A stretch of 64,000 bases of DNA. It comes from the human T2T-CHM13v2.0 reference genome, Homo sapiens. Positions 1 to 15,739 of this stretch are shown here, one piece after another. The DNA lies in NCBI RefSeq assembly GCF_009914755.1, contig NC_060932.1; one strand, given 5' to 3'. Made by a program: the position numbers and the translations under genes. The notes beneath the pieces were generated by a model, which worked only from the letters and a program-made list of their open reading frames with translations, was not told where the DNA came from and ran no database searches. Positions within the stretch are counted from its first letter, which is position 1. Each line of letters begins with the position of its first letter.

Positions 1-806
1 ACAAATCAGAACTATATGGATTGAGTTTCCTTCCAACAGCACATGGCTTGTATGTTACAGGGAAACCCCTCCAGGCTACATGTTTTATCAAACCTAGAGC
101 ATACTGAAATAGTTTTAAGATGTTAAAAATATACAAACTGTGGCCAAAAGTACCCATTCCTGAATCAAATAAAACACCATGATCATAAAATTCTATATAT
201 ACTGTTTAGAATAGAATAGCGTGGGAAACACCAACATTTGCTAGAAGGTGTAATATATTTCTGCAGAAAATTCTAAGGCTATCTACTCTCTCTTCCAAAA
301 ATACATCATATCTATAACATTAAAGAAAACATTTAATCAAAGCATCAATGAATAATGTGTACCCAGGCACACAAAGAGGAATCACTTCACAATGTGATAT
401 TCCAATATGAAGGATAGGCATAACTTACTCTGTTTCATTAAGATGTATTTTTCCTTCATTAACACCCATATCCTATTCCTCCTATGGTAGATTCACACTA
501 CCACTTCCTTCTTAACACACACGCACACACACAATGTTCATTTTTAGCTTCTTTGGAATATAATTCATTTTAGTGATTTTGGTGTTGCGGTGATGCTGTA
601 ATGCATCAACTTAATTAGATTGACCTACATATTTTAGAATTTGCTTCCCTCTGTGTTTTGTTAGAGGGTCCGCATGTGAGGTTCTTATGGGAGATTTTGA
701 AGGTGGAAATAAAACCACAATCATTGTGTTGCTCACCTATGTTGTTCCTAAGCTTCTGGCTTAACTCATGGGTGTGAGGCTGTAGCCATGCCTGAAACTT
801 CCCCAA

Positions 807-1205
807 GGATATAATTTGGATATTTGGCCCTGCCCAAATCTCATGTTGAAATAGAATCTCCAGTATTGGACGTGGGGCCTGGTGGGAGGTGTTTGGGTCA
901 CGGAGGCAGATTCCTCAAGGCCTGAGAGATCCTATCCTGTCCCCAAAACAGTAAGTAAGTTCTCACCATATCTGGCTGTTAAAAAGTGTGGCACCGTCCC
1001 GCATCCTTGCCCTTGCTCCTGCCAGGTGAGATGCCTGATCCCCCTTTGCCTGCTGCATGATTGTAGGCTTCCTGAGACCTCCCCAGAAACAGATGCAGGT
1101 GCCATGCTTCCTGTACAGCCTACAGAACCATGAGCCAGTTAAACCTCTTATAAATTACCCAGTCTCAGGTATTTCTTTATCACAATGCAAGAATGACCTA
1201 CTACA
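807..1205 (+). mobile_element. MaLR solo LTR, MST family
   Basis: Starts GATATAATTTGGATATTTGGCCCTGCCCAAATCTCATGTTGAA, ends AAACCTCTTATAAATTACCCAGTCTCAGGTATTTCTTTAT...CTACTACA; flanks CCCAA/CCCAC resemble a 5-bp TSD. Confidence 0.9.
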
Positions 1206-1596
1206 CCCACCTTCCTCATACTGTCCTTCAGCGTTTCCAGCTCCTGGGGGAGGAGCCTGTGTTTAGATCCATGAGAAAGGACCCTGAGTTTTAGAGGATA
1301 CCTACACCATCCATGAACTGACAAGGATTTCAGTCCAAATTCATGGGTTTGTTCTTGTTCTCCATCAGTGTGATTTGAGTTTCCAGGTTATTCTTGCCCT
1401 CCTGCACTTTCCTTACTGGTTGCCTTTCCTTAGGACTCATGAACATGACAGTCTCACAGAGGCTGCCTGACCAGCTCTCACAATTGCATTAGGTCAATCT
1501 CTGTAACAAAATGGTTAATACAAACATACACGCAAACAGACACACACATATATGCATATGCACTTCTGCTTCTGTAATTGAATCTTTACTAGTATA
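1206..1596 (+). mobile_element. Old ERVL-type LTR 3' portion (LTR33/LTR41-like), probably the host of the MST insertion
   Basis: Ends CACAATTGCATTAGGTCAATCTCTGTAACAAAAT...TTCTGCTTCTGTAATTGAATCTTTACTAGTATA, resembling ERVL LTR termini; strongly diverged. Confidence 0.45.
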
Positions 1597-1778
1597 AATA
1601 CTTGGAACTTAAGGCTCACTGGCAGCAGATGGATAATATATTTGGAAATCAGGAAGTTCTTCGAAAGAGCCTATCATTTACATAGCTATATACACTGCTG
1701 ATTTTCAAGTTTCGGCTTTGAAAATACCTATGCAACAAGTATTAGATGTGGATGTTGATTGATGTGTTCTTGAATTTC

Positions 1779-2250
1779 TGGTCAGTGTTTTTTGGTTGCA
1801 AGTGACAGAAACCTAGCTTATACTAGCTTAGATTAAAATAAAATCCATTGAGCTATGTAAGCAAATAATAAGAATGGTAGAAAAACTAGAAACAGGAATT
1901 GAAATGCCATCGGAACTTTCAGTGATTTCTAAATTGCTTTTCAACTTCTTTTTCAACTTCTTTTTCAATTGTGTTTCAACTTCTTTGTCTTTCAAACCAA
2001 TCTTTTGACAAAAGGCTAAAAAAAAATACTAGTACCTCCAGACTCTATTCACCTAACTGTAACTCCAGAAAAGACAAGAGCTCATTTCTTCAGCTCCTGT
2101 TCAAGAATATCCTAGTCGAGACCTCTAATCAGCTTATATGACTAAGACTCAGGTGGGGAAGAGGAAAGGAGCTAAGTATGAGTTGGCAGGTCCCAGCAGA
2201 ACTACATGATTCAAGAAAGAGGTGTATTTCCTCAAATAAGCAAAGGTATG
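1779..2250 (-). mobile_element. Old MLT1 (K/L-like) LTR fragment
   Basis: GGTCAGTGTTTTTTGGTTGCAAGTGACAGAAACCTAGCTTATACTAGCTTA is the typical antisense end of old MLT1 elements. Confidence 0.55.
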
Positions 2251-2439
2251 GCTATCGGGAAAAAGAGGGAAGGGGCACAGAATTAAAAAATAAAACTACA
2301 GATAGCTATAATACTGGGATAGTCCTGATCATGATGTGCAAATTTTCCTCCAGTTTTTGCTTATGTTCTCACATACAGGAATGCAGCATAAAAAATGCCT
2401 TATCTGCAATGACAGGATTATACATGATAATGCAAACAT

Positions 2440-2960
2440 AAAAAGGGTTATGGCTAATGAATTAACATCAGTTTGGTGGAAGGTCTGTGCTAATGGCTAT
2501 TGAGCTCTCTTTATAGACACATCTGGTTCAATATATTTATTAATCACTTGAATCAGGCCAAAGTTTTGTGCTTATTAAATTTGTGGTCAACATGAATCTG
2601 AGAGGGAGAGAAAATATACCTGATGACAAAAGCTAGATCTAAAAACACATCAAAAGTCCAAATAATTGACCACAGGTAACCAGTTAGAAGCTAGAAGTGA
2701 TATAGTATATAAGAGGATGTTAATTTGTATCAAAACTAACCAACCAATAAAAATAACACAATTATAAAATAAAGAAGTTCTTGCTTAATGTGAGTACTAT
2801 AAGAAATATATAGAAAGCTTATTATTACATGTTTTTCTCTCTTTCTGTCTATAATCAACTTTCTCTCTTTATTCAAACAGTGTGGTTTTTGGTTGAGTTT
2901 AAGATTAAAAATGAGCCATAGACAAATCTGAGTTGCAGCAATAGAAAGAGAGAATCAAAA
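2440..2960 (+). mobile_element. L3/CR1 LINE ORF2 remnant
   Basis: GGTTCAATATATTTATTAATCACTTG...TGCTTATTAAATTTGTGGTCAACATGAATCTGAGAGG resembles the CR1 RT 'FNIFINDL...LIKFADDTKL' region. Confidence 0.45.
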
Positions 2961-4439
2961 TGGGAAGGAAGGTTCTTCACAATCCTGTAATTTTATAACT
3001 CTCATAGCTTTTAAATTAATAAATAATTTTTATAATTTCATTTCCATATATATTTGAAGAAATTGATGGAATATAATAATGAGTCAATTGTTAAATCATT
3101 TCTAAAATTGTAATTTATACTGGTTTTCTGATTTTAATATACTGTATATAATATATATTTTATGTGTAAGAATATATAAATTATTCACACACACACATTT
3201 ACAGAGTTGAATATCAGACTTATTTCTAGTCCTATGCTAGATCCACCAGTCCAATGATCAGGGTGATTATAATTTGATAACTAATCTTAAGCTATAAATT
3301 TTATTGTAACTTTCTTAAATGACCCTTAGAATCAAAGTTTGTGGCCCAACGTGGAAAGAACATAAATATATATAAGCGAGAATACGGTACTCCAAGTATG
3401 TTGCGAAATGGAACTAAAATCATGTAAATTCTGTGACACAAAGTTGAGGAACAACCCCTAGAAGGCAACAACGTTTGTGTTCCTGATATATGCTCTAGTT
3501 TATAGTGACTTTTACAGCCTGAAACATTACCTCATTGCCATCTGCTCACAACTTTCAATTCTCACCTCTGACGTTGTTCAGTGAGGCAATGGGAACATGC
3601 ACGAACTGTCCAGATCCTGTGAAACTATGATAGAATTAAATCTTGTCTGCAGTCATCTATTCCAGGCTAAAATCTCATCAGGAAAAGGCATCAATTCAGT
3701 GTAGATCTTTGGCAGAGTTTAAAGAAAAATCTGGGTGAACATAAGGTCAAAGAGATAGCAGCATATGTTAAGTAATAGAGCTTGAAAATGAATATGAAAT
3801 TAAATATTACAATGAAACATGGGAAACATACTTGAGGAATGATAATAAATAGAATAAATTGAGAAAGCAAACTGAAGACAGCGTAATAAGGTTCAAGTGC
3901 TAACTGAAGTAATGGGCGATCAACAGTTCCAGTACTATTGGGCATTGTTGTTAATTAATAGAGTTGACAAGAAAGATAACATTAGATTGTAGAATGACAT
4001 TATCTGCTCTGAAGTTCTCTGTTACGTTCCTTGTTAAATCTGAATATAATTTACTCATTGCTCATTGATCCATTTCCGTATAAGTGTTTCATATGTATCT
4101 ACTTGGTACGTGGAATTATTCCAGAAACTTAATAGGAAATGAAAGAAATACAAGACATAGTTCACATATCCTACAGTATCCTACAATCTGCCATATGCAT
4201 GAGATAAATAGTAGTGTAAGATAGTATTTGTGCAAATGCCAAAAGGAGAAAACAGACAATGGGTGCTCTGGGAGTTCAAAGGAAGGGCATCACTGTGAGC
4301 TTGAGCAGTAGAGGAAGGTATCTGGGGTAATTAAGATGTGAGCTTGTTCTTAAAGAATGAATAGGATTTGAATTTGTGGTGAAATGGGGGTCAAATCTTC
4401 CACAAGAAGGCCTCTAAAAGGGAATAAGTAATATTTGTT

Positions 4440-5515
<1,076 letters not shown>

Positions 5516-5685
5516 AATATTACTCTGGCAACAGGGGCTTAATATCATAAAAGTCATTGATATCATAAAACATTAATAATGTTCTATCATTAACTCAGCA
5601 TTAATTGATTTTGATCCTCTGGTCAAATGGGATATGGATTTGAAGGTACAGAATTAAAATATTACAATAAAGGTGCAATCTGTGG

Positions 5686-5922
5686 TGGGAATCAGCAAAT
5701 TAATGCTCACAGAACAAATATGGCCAAGCCACTGTCTGCTTTTGTAAAGCAAGTTTTATTGAAACACTGTCTGTAGTTATTTTCTCGCTACTATGGGAGA
5801 GGTGAGCAGTGCGTAGAGGTAAATGTTTCTATAGAGGTGGGTAGTTGCTGTAGAGACTGTCTGGGATGCAAGCCCAAACTCTTTGCTATCTGGCCCTTTT
5901 CCGAAAAAATTTGCTGACCCCT
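5686..5922 (+). mobile_element. MER58-type hAT-Charlie MITE
   Basis: TTTTGTAAAGCAAGTTTTATTGAAACAC core and terminus CTATCTGGCCCTTTTCCGAAAAAATTTGCTGACCCCTG. Confidence 0.8.
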
Positions 5923-6241
5923 GATCTGTAATAATGAACCAACTGCATAAATGATGGTAATAAGCTTAGCTATAAATACATGAATCACTTTTACATATTT
6001 TAGACATATGTATCTAGGTCTAATGTATACATATATTAAGCTAACTTATTTGTCCAAATGTTATGGGAACCTATAAACATCTAAGAAATCATAGGAGACA
6101 GAGCGAAAGCAAGACAAGTAAAGTACTGATGACTTTTTACGAAAAGAGGTGAAAATAAGACTCACGGGATATCATAATTGGTATGTGCATTAAACAAAAG
6201 CAAATTCCATTTTTCTCTGTTTAAGAAATTCATAGTTTGCA

Positions 6242-6599
<358 letters not shown>

Positions 6600-7492
6600 C
6601 TAACTATAATGGTGTGGGTAATTTTTGTCTGTTTCACAGTTTATGGCAGCAAAGACTTTCAGCGGAGCAGCAAATCCATGAAATGTATCTCATCATCTGA
6701 GTTTTGCATGATGAATGACCACGTACCCAATAAAGCTAGTATTTGACCATGATGGAACTCGAGCTGTCATTACAAATCCACCATGACAGAAAATTAAGTC
6801 TGGCACTTAGCCTTTGAAAAACACCAGCTGTGCCAAATGGCCTAGATAAGGAAAAATGGGAAGTAGAAACCGTAGTGCTTCTTGAACATATTCTTTATGT
6901 TCTTGGAGCAATTCATTTGGATATGTCTGTTACGCACACGTTCAGGTGAGGTGCAGGGATACATTCAATCACATATCAGCAGCAGTAGTGGTCAGGACGC
7001 TTCGATTGCAAATGACAGATATGTAAGTTGAACTAGGGTGTGCCTAAAAGGGAGTTTGTTGACAAACATAACATTTCACGGATACAGCTGTGGGTTCCGC
7101 CTCAGAGAGGATAAACCTAGGAGCTAAGGGCCCTTGCTCTCTCTTTTTCTCTTTCCATTATTTTATCTTTTGGACTTCATTTTGTAAAGTACTCTCCCCA
7201 AAAGGAAATTTCATGTCTTGATAATGTGTATTATAAAATAAAAGTGTGTTCACCTCTAGCCAGTTCCAGCTTGGAAAATCGTGCAGTCTTGATTGGTCTA
7301 TTTCTTGGACCAGTACAAGTGTCTCTGCTAGACTGGAGCCAAGGGTGAAAAATGGGGATTTGATACACTACCTCATAAGGAGAGAAGTAGAAGTGTTCAC
7401 CATGCTCACACAAAAATCAAAAGCTACTTCAGCTACCAAAGCTTTCTTTACTTGTGATTACCTATGACTAAATTATTTGATAATTTACTACT

Positions 7493-7917
7493 ATTATGGG
7501 CTGAATCATGTTCCCTTTTACCTACCAAAAATGCAAGCAGACACTAGAAGCTGGAAGATACGAATAACAAATTCAATGTTGAAGTCCTAACTTGCAGTAC
7601 ATCAGAACATGGCTGTATTTGGAGATAGAGGTTTAAAAGAAGCACTATGGTTAATTGAATTCATTGAGGTGGACCCTAATTTGATACTACCAGTGTCCTT
7701 ATGAGAAGGGATTAAGACACAGATATGCACAGAGAAAAGAAGATTTGAAACAAAGGGAAGGAGGCAACCATCTACATGCCAAAGAGACAGACCAACTCTG
7801 CCAACACCCTGATCTTAGACTTCTAGCCTCCAGAGTGGCAAGAAAACAAATTTCCATTGTTTAATCCACCCAGTCTGTGATATTTTATCATGTATGGCAG
7901 GCTTATCAAACTAATAT
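7493..7917 (+). mobile_element. MLT1B-like MaLR LTR
   Basis: TATTATGGGCTGAAT start, GTTGAAGTCCTAAC...GTATTTGGAGATAG, end AAACTAATATA. Confidence 0.85.
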
Positions 7918-8865
7918 ATCATTTAATGGGATATTAAGATTAATGTGTCTATAATGATAGCAGAACCCATGGTACTTTTCCTGTTGTCCAAGAATTTGTC
8001 TAAAGATTCAGATGAAACTAAACGTGGCACATCTTCTGCCTATAGATCTTCCGATGATTGGGGCCAGGCACCTCCCTTCATGACCTCCTGAGACGTGCCA
8101 GTTCAGAGATCTTGGCCAAAAGTTAACCCTCCCCTAGTTAGTTTCACCTACAAGTTAATGTAAGAATGAGACTACAAAAGAGGACGTCAACTTTCAGGGG
8201 CAAGTAGTTGTCAGCAGGAGTGGCTTTCCCACTCTGCACCTGATGTGAATGCTATACTTCCTGGTTATCAAGGATGTGAGACCTTCAAATGAATTACTTC
8301 TAAAGATAGGAGATGTTATGAGAAGAGGACACCAGAGTTCAACTCCCTAGCAAGCTTCTCAGCCAGCAGAAACAAGCTAACTTGCCAGAAATTTGTAAAA
8401 GTTTTTGATTGTTAGGTATTTTCTCTAATACTATCTATCTAATTCCTTATAAAATGTAAATTCAGTTTCCACTTTGACAAACTTTAGATTTGAGTTTCTT
8501 AGGCCAATGATCTCCATGTGGACCAGCAGTTTAAGCAGAGCTACTGCTTTTGACCATCATTACACTCTTTATTGCCAGGCAGATTAATTTATAGAAAATT
8601 ACTTGCAGCTTTTATTGGTGTTTCCTTATCCTTTGACCCTGAAAACAGAGATAGGTCTGAAGATAAACTCTTTGAACCCAGAATAGTTACCTACTGCTTA
8701 TTATCAAAATGAAAACTAGAACTGCCAGAACAGATTTTCCTTTCATGGTGGTAAAATGTGAATATACTATGAACTCTCCTAATTTTCCTTGTATATTGAA
8801 AAGTATCAGAGAGCTGCGTACATAGACATTTTTATCACCCAATCATCTGCCTACATTAAGGCATG

Positions 8866-9330
8866 TGTGCTAGGCTGAATAACTACCCCGCAATGAAGGC
8901 CATATCCTCATTCCTGGAATATGCTATTTTATGCAGCAAAAGGGACTTACAAAACCGGAGATGGGGAAATATCCTGGATCATCCTGGCGGGCCCAGTGTA
9001 ACTACCATGGTCTTTGCAAAACAAAGACAGAGGGTTAGAATCAGAGAGAGAAAGAGTTCTCTAATAACTGAACCAGAGGTCAGGGTGATGGGCCAGTAAG
9101 CAAGAAATGCAACCAGACTCTAGAAGCTGGAAATTTAAGAAATGGATTCTCCTCTAAAGCCTCCAAAAGGATCACAGCTCTGCCAACACCTTGATTTTAG
9201 CACCCTAACACTCATTTCAGACTTTCTATCTCTAGAATTGTTAGATAATAAATATGTGTTGTTTAAAGCCACTACATTTGAATTAATTTGTTATAGTAGC
9301 AATGTTGTTCTATCAACAAGAAACTAATAT
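8866..9330 (+). mobile_element. MLT1D-like MaLR LTR
   Basis: GCTAGGCTGAATAA start, ATCCTGGATCATCCTGGCGGGCCCAGTGTAA, end TTTGTTATAGTAGC...AAACTAATATA. Confidence 0.85.
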
Positions 9331-9809
9331 AGCATGCCAAAATAAAATGTATAACATTTTCTATTTTTCTTATTGAACTAATATTGTTGAGTATGTTGTT
9401 TATGCCATCACACTATGTCTTCTTTTTAGACTTGCACAACAGAAACCCTCTTTGGATGTCAGTACACAAACAACTGTGTCTCCTGAGCTCCCAGAATCTG
9501 TGGATTACATTCCTGATTATTCTCTCACATGGGGTCTTCCCTACTAGTATACTTGAATCCAATCCATTCTTAGGAACACTACCTTTATCCCTGGTTCAAC
9601 TTTGTTTCCTGTTTTGTTTGCTCTTTACCCTTTTTTCATTTATTTATCTTTACTTTCTTATTTTATGCTCTTTTAAGTCATCTCAAATAATTTTTAAAAG
9701 ATGAGTATAAATGAATAAATCATGAAGCAAATTCTTATGAATCTTTTATTAAGAAAGATCTTCTTTCTGCTTAATTGAAGTCTTTCCCATTGCAAATTAA
9801 TCTCAGTGA

Positions 9810-10008
9810 AGCCTGAGCAACATAGAGAGGCCCTGTCTCTACAAAAACTTTAAATAATGATTATGGTGGAATGCACCTATAATCTCAGCTGCTCAGGAGG
9901 CTGAGCCGGAGAATCACTTGAGCCTAGGAGTTCGAGGCTGCAGTGAGCGATGAGTGTGTCACTGAACTCCAGCCTTGGTGTCAGAGTGAGACCCTGTCTC
10001 TAAAAAAT
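9810..10008 (+). mobile_element. 5'-truncated old Alu (AluJ-like)
   Basis: CACTTGAGCCTAGGAGTTCGAGGCTGCAGTGAGC...GAGACCCTGTCTC carries AluJ-type positions. Confidence 0.9.
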
Positions 10009-10130
10009 CAATGAAAAGAAAATATAGAGATAAACGGAGGAATTTGGAAGGATGCCATTTTGAAAAAAAGAAGAGTCTAGAGGTTTATTTTACTTTATTT
10101 TCAGCTTAGACTAACAAATAACATTTCCAT

Positions 10131-10898
<768 letters not shown>

Positions 10899-13065
10899 CA
10901 ATATTTTTTTTAATAAAGATTCATCCTGTAAAATCCATTTATTTACACAGCCTCCATTCTGGAAGCAAACTCACTGATAATATGATTTCCCTAATAATGT
11001 ACATAACAATTCTATTTGTTTTCTACGTAGATGCGTTTATAATTTATAGTTTCCTTTGTGCATGATGATGACAGACTGATATTGGTCCTGTATCCCAAAC
11101 AGGGATTTAACTAAGATCAAAAATTGGGTTTCAAAAAAAATCCTTTGATTTTTGGCAACAACTGTTCATTCTTTGGCTAAACCCTCGTCTGTAACATTGG
11201 CTTCCCATGTTTGAAGGGCTCTTGTATAAGCATGAAGAACTGGCTTTCTCTGCTCTTCACCCAGTGACCCATGACATTGAAACAACCTTTGTCTTCATTG
11301 TGACAGAAATGTTCTCATTCAATAGTTGTCACAGAGCACTGTTCATTCAAGGAGTTCCGCTTAGCTGTTACTCTGCAAATACATTTCCTATAGTTGATGC
11401 TGATATTGGGGAATTAACCTTTCACACCTCTTTTCCATTTGATCCTACCTGTTGACATTTGTATGCCAAAAAAAGAATATGTCAGTGTCATGAGAAAGAG
11501 TAGATATGAAGTTCCAAAGTGCTTGTCTGCCAAGTAGACAGGTTTAGCTGAGGAAGGTGACTGGGAAATGTGTGAAGATCACACCAGACATTGAGATGTA
11601 TGTTTAGAAACAGGGAAAAAAAAAAAAACCTGATTAGCAAGAAAGCTGGTAGGAGCAAAATCTGGGAAGTGAGCAGATAATAGCAGGTGACAAAGTGGGC
11701 CATAAAGTGGTGAATAAAGAAGAACAATTTGCAGAGATGCATGCACCATTCAGCATGAAAACTTAGTAGTCGGTCAAGGAGACAATAGCCTTGACTGGTC
11801 GAAGTGGAGTTTGATTTGACTTTTTAGGACTTGTTGTAGAATGAGAATTCCCTTGATCATGTGGGAAAGTAGGGAAGACCAGTGCCCAAGTCACTCATGG
11901 AACCTTATAGAGAGAATGAGGGGGCCAGCAAAACAGTAAATTATAACACTGCAGGGCCAGATTACAAAATGTTTGCTCTAGGTAACAAATATCTGTGTTT
12001 TCTTATAGAAGGAATAGAGGGTAATGCTTCTAAATCTACGTGTGTATGATGACAGATGTTTATGCTTCCAAATTTATCTACGTATGATGGCATATGTTTT
12101 TATTCATCAATATATTGCTCTTTTATTTCTCAGCCCTCTGTGACAATATTTTATTTCTTTCGTTTTGTTTCATATCTGTTTTCCTCAACAGGCTGTTTTC
12201 TTGCCCTGGGGGGCAGGAATCAGATTTATTCTGTTGACTATTCAGTATCCAGGCAGCAAGGACAATGCCTGTCACATAATAGGCGTTAAATATATACTTA
12301 TTAAATAAGTTGATGAATAAATAAATTAGTACATGAATGATAAACTCAATTTTCATGGATGCTTATTGGTGAGTGACTAACTTGTAAAACTATGACCACC
12401 CAAAACTAGATTTGGTTTCTATGTTGGCAAAACATCAGTCTATTTGAAACATTCAAATGAGTAATCATGTGTTTGGCTAAATATTTATCACTCTCCAGGA
12501 ATTAGAGAAATAGGACTTATAGATGCTTTCAGTCTTTTCTGTCTTTGAGTGAGAAAAACCATAAATAGAACTAGAGCCCTGTTTTCACGTTGGGGCTTTT
12601 GTTTTATAATTCCTAGAATGCATGGAAACAGTAAAAATACTAAATATTTAAAAAATTAAGAATGTGGATTAATTTTAGGGTTAACTAATAGGTTCAGTCT
12701 TTCCTCTATTTGGTTGTTAAGTCTCCGTACTCATACTTTGAGGATGTTTGAATCTATTTGTCACCCCCATCTGTTTACATTTAGATTTGAAAACTAGATA
12801 GCACTTGTGTAATACAATGATTCAATTTGGACAGTGCCATATTTTAAGGAAGCAGTTTTAAGAAACTTTTTTTTTCTCCACGAAGCTAGGACAACCTCAG
12901 TATGTCTAATCTCTAACTTCTTTTCCTGAAAGAGAATCTAAACAAACCCTCTTTTATGGTATATTAGAAAGCAGCACGTTCCTCGTTCACCAAGGATACT
13001 TGCTAACATCTCAGGAAAAACAGGTGCCTACGTATAAGGGTCTCCGAGCTCCCAAAGTCCTGCTG

Positions 13066-13235
13066 AATACATATAATTCCTCTTTCAGAAGGAAAATAAC
13101 AATACATATAGTTCCTCTTTCAGAAGGAAAATAACAATACATATATTTCCTCTTTCAGAAGGAAAATAACAATACATATAGTTCCTCTTTCAGAAGGAAA
13201 ATAACAATACATATAGTTCCTCTTTCAGAAGGAAA
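13066..13235. repeat. 35-bp minisatellite, about 4.9 copies
   Basis: Unit AATACATATA[A/G/T]TTCCTCTTTCAGAAGGAAAATAAC at 13066, 13101, 13136, 13171 and 13206 (partial); only position 11 varies. Confidence 0.99.
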
Positions 13236-13798
13236 GTTTTGTGAAAGAATAGCCATTTTGAAACCCAGGAGTAATCAAATATCAGTGGCATGAATAAACA
13301 TAATTATACCCCCATGAAGAGAAGTTAAGGAAAATAGGGAAAAAGGAAGAATCCTGTAACCATGGAACACTCTACAGTTTTTTTTCTTATTGTTTTGTTT
13401 TTTTTTTTTTTTTTTGGCAATCTAATGCCGATAATTCTCACTATCATTTATTTTCAAGACCATGAAGCTAAACGTCAACTCATTAAATGCTGCATGCATA
13501 TCTTCTTTTCAGAAATCTTCAATTGATTACAATCAATACATCTTGAAAAGAGCCTTTGGCCAAATCCAAGATTCCTCTGCATAGATTATTGCCTTCAGTG
13601 ATGGGAACAAAGGGAAAGAAGCCTGCAGAAAAATGTGTCTTCCCTGGAGAAGCAGGCCCTGGAGGGCAATAACCAAGTCAGGAATCAAGGCTGTAATTTT
13701 GCAGGCACATGTCTTATTAGATAAATGTGCCTGCTTTTTGTGAATTCTGGAAACTGTTCTCCACTTCATTTATTCTTGGTTTTTCCTTTCTCCCCTAA

Positions 13799-14546
13799 GA
13801 ACTTGCCCAAGGGCATGAGTGCCCCCCTCCTGTATCAGCATGACCTGGATGTGAAACATGGAGCCAAAGGAGATTATGTCAGAGCTTTAAGATTTAATTA
13901 TTGCCTTGTTGGATTTTGGACTTGCATGGGGCCTGCAGCCCCTTTGTTTTGGCCAATTTCTCCCATTTGGAATGGGTGTATTTACCCTATTCCTGTACCT
14001 CAATTGTATCTAGGAAGTAACTAACTTGCTTTTGATTTTATAGGCTCATACATGGAAGGAACTTGCCTTGTCTCAGATGAGACTATGAACTTGGACTTCT
14101 GGGTTAATGCTGAAATGAGTTAAGACTTTGAGGAACTGTTGGGAAGGCATAATGTGAGAAAGACAAAATTTGGGAGGGGTCAGGGTTGAATAATATACTC
14201 TGTGTCCCCACCCTAATCTCATCTTGATTTGTAATCTGAAATGTAATCCCCACATGTTGGGGGAGGGACCTCATGGGAAGTGATTAGATCATGGGGGCAG
14301 TTCCCCCATGCTGTTCTCATGATGGTGAGTGAGTTTTCACGAGATCTAATGGTTTTATTAGGGGCTTTTACCCCCTTCACTCCTCTCTCCTGCTGCCATG
14401 TGAAGAAAGACATGTTTACTTCCCCTTTTGCCACGATTGTAAGTTTCCTGAGGCCTCCCCAGCCATGCAGAACTGTGAGTCAGAACTGGTTATAAATTAC
14501 CCAGTCTTGAGTATCTCTTCAAAGCAATGTGAGAACAGACTAATAC
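13799..14546 (+). mobile_element. THE1/MST MaLR: 3' end of internal region (13799-14190) plus 3' LTR (14191-14546)
   Basis: CATGACCTGGATGTGAAACATGGAGCCAAAGG and GTATCTAGGAAGTAACTAACTTGCTTTTGATTT are THE1-int hallmarks; purine tract, then LTR ending GAACAGACTAATACA. Confidence 0.92.
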
Positions 14547-14897
14547 AGAACTCATATGTATAAATAGTCAAAAAATTAAATATATAAATGAAGCAGCAGC
14601 AATGTGGAAAAAAAAAGTGCCAAAAATTGGTATAGTGCTGTCACATCTATTTGTAAATACTCTGGAAATACATAAATATGAGATTACCCTCAGCGAAATA
14701 AGTGTTAATATTATTTTGTTCTATTGCCTGGGATACACAGGAACTTTAAACCAAAGGCAAAGATATATTTTCCTACCTTCTCATCTTCAACTCCCGTTAG
14801 CTTCAGTTTGGAAGAAAAATGTCTTAAAACTACTTAGCAGCAGGGTATAAAGGAAGAGGTATGTATGTAAATGCATTTTTTGTTTGTTTGTTTTGTT

Positions 14898-15135
14898 TTT
14901 AAAATATGCTTTATTTTTTAGAGCAGGTTTAGTTTCACAGCAAAATTGAGCACAATGTTACAGAAATTTCGCATATACTCCCTGGCTCCACACATGCATA
15001 GCCTCCCCAACTACCAAAATTCCACACCAGAATTGTTCATTTCTTACAACCAATAAACCTACATTGACACATCATTATCCCCCAAAGTCCATTACAGTAA
15101 GGTTCTCTTGTTGTTGTGGATTCTATGGGTTTGGA
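14898..15135 (-). mobile_element. L1MC-like 3' end
   Basis: TTTTTTAGAGCAGGTTTAGTTTCACAGCAAAATTGAGC...CCTACATTGACACATCATTATC. Confidence 0.8.
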
Positions 15136-15739
15136 TGTAAATGGTTTCTTATTTCCTAAAATGCTGAAGAATAATCCATTACCAATATATTTAATAATTC
15201 AGTAACTATTAATGAAACCATCATTATTTCATTAAAATGAAGTTGACTGTGATGCAAGAAAAGAGTACTGAATGATATATCTTTGACCGCAAAGATTTTA
15301 CAACATATTTTAATAAAACAGGAAGTGACAATATAAAATAAAAAATTCTTAACCAAGTGCTTTTTTGAGTGACTTTTACCTGCAAGATGATATCTTAGAA
15401 TCATTACTATAAACTAGTGGTTGGGAATAGCGGGAGGGATAAATATAATTCAGATGTGCATTCTGCCCAAAGAGCTTAAAGTTTAGTCAAAAAAATATGA
15501 CATGCATCTAAACAGTTATAATTGAAAGATAAAAGTGACAAAAATATGTGACTGAGAATTGTGAGAATATAAAGAATTATTGGAACTAACAGAAGGGAGA
15601 GATTTACTTCAGCTAATCTGATATTGCCTAAATGGGAGAGGTGGTTTATTAACAGGTTCTGAACAAAGGCTGAATATTTATTCATGAAGAGAAGAAGTAA
15701 GCAAAGTCACAGAGTCTGGGAAATGTGGAAAATGGCCGT

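Noticed and set aside
13066-13235. CRISPR-like array (35-bp partly palindromic repeat)
   Set aside because: Units are directly adjacent with no unique spacers, there are no cas genes, and the context is primate DNA; it is a minisatellite
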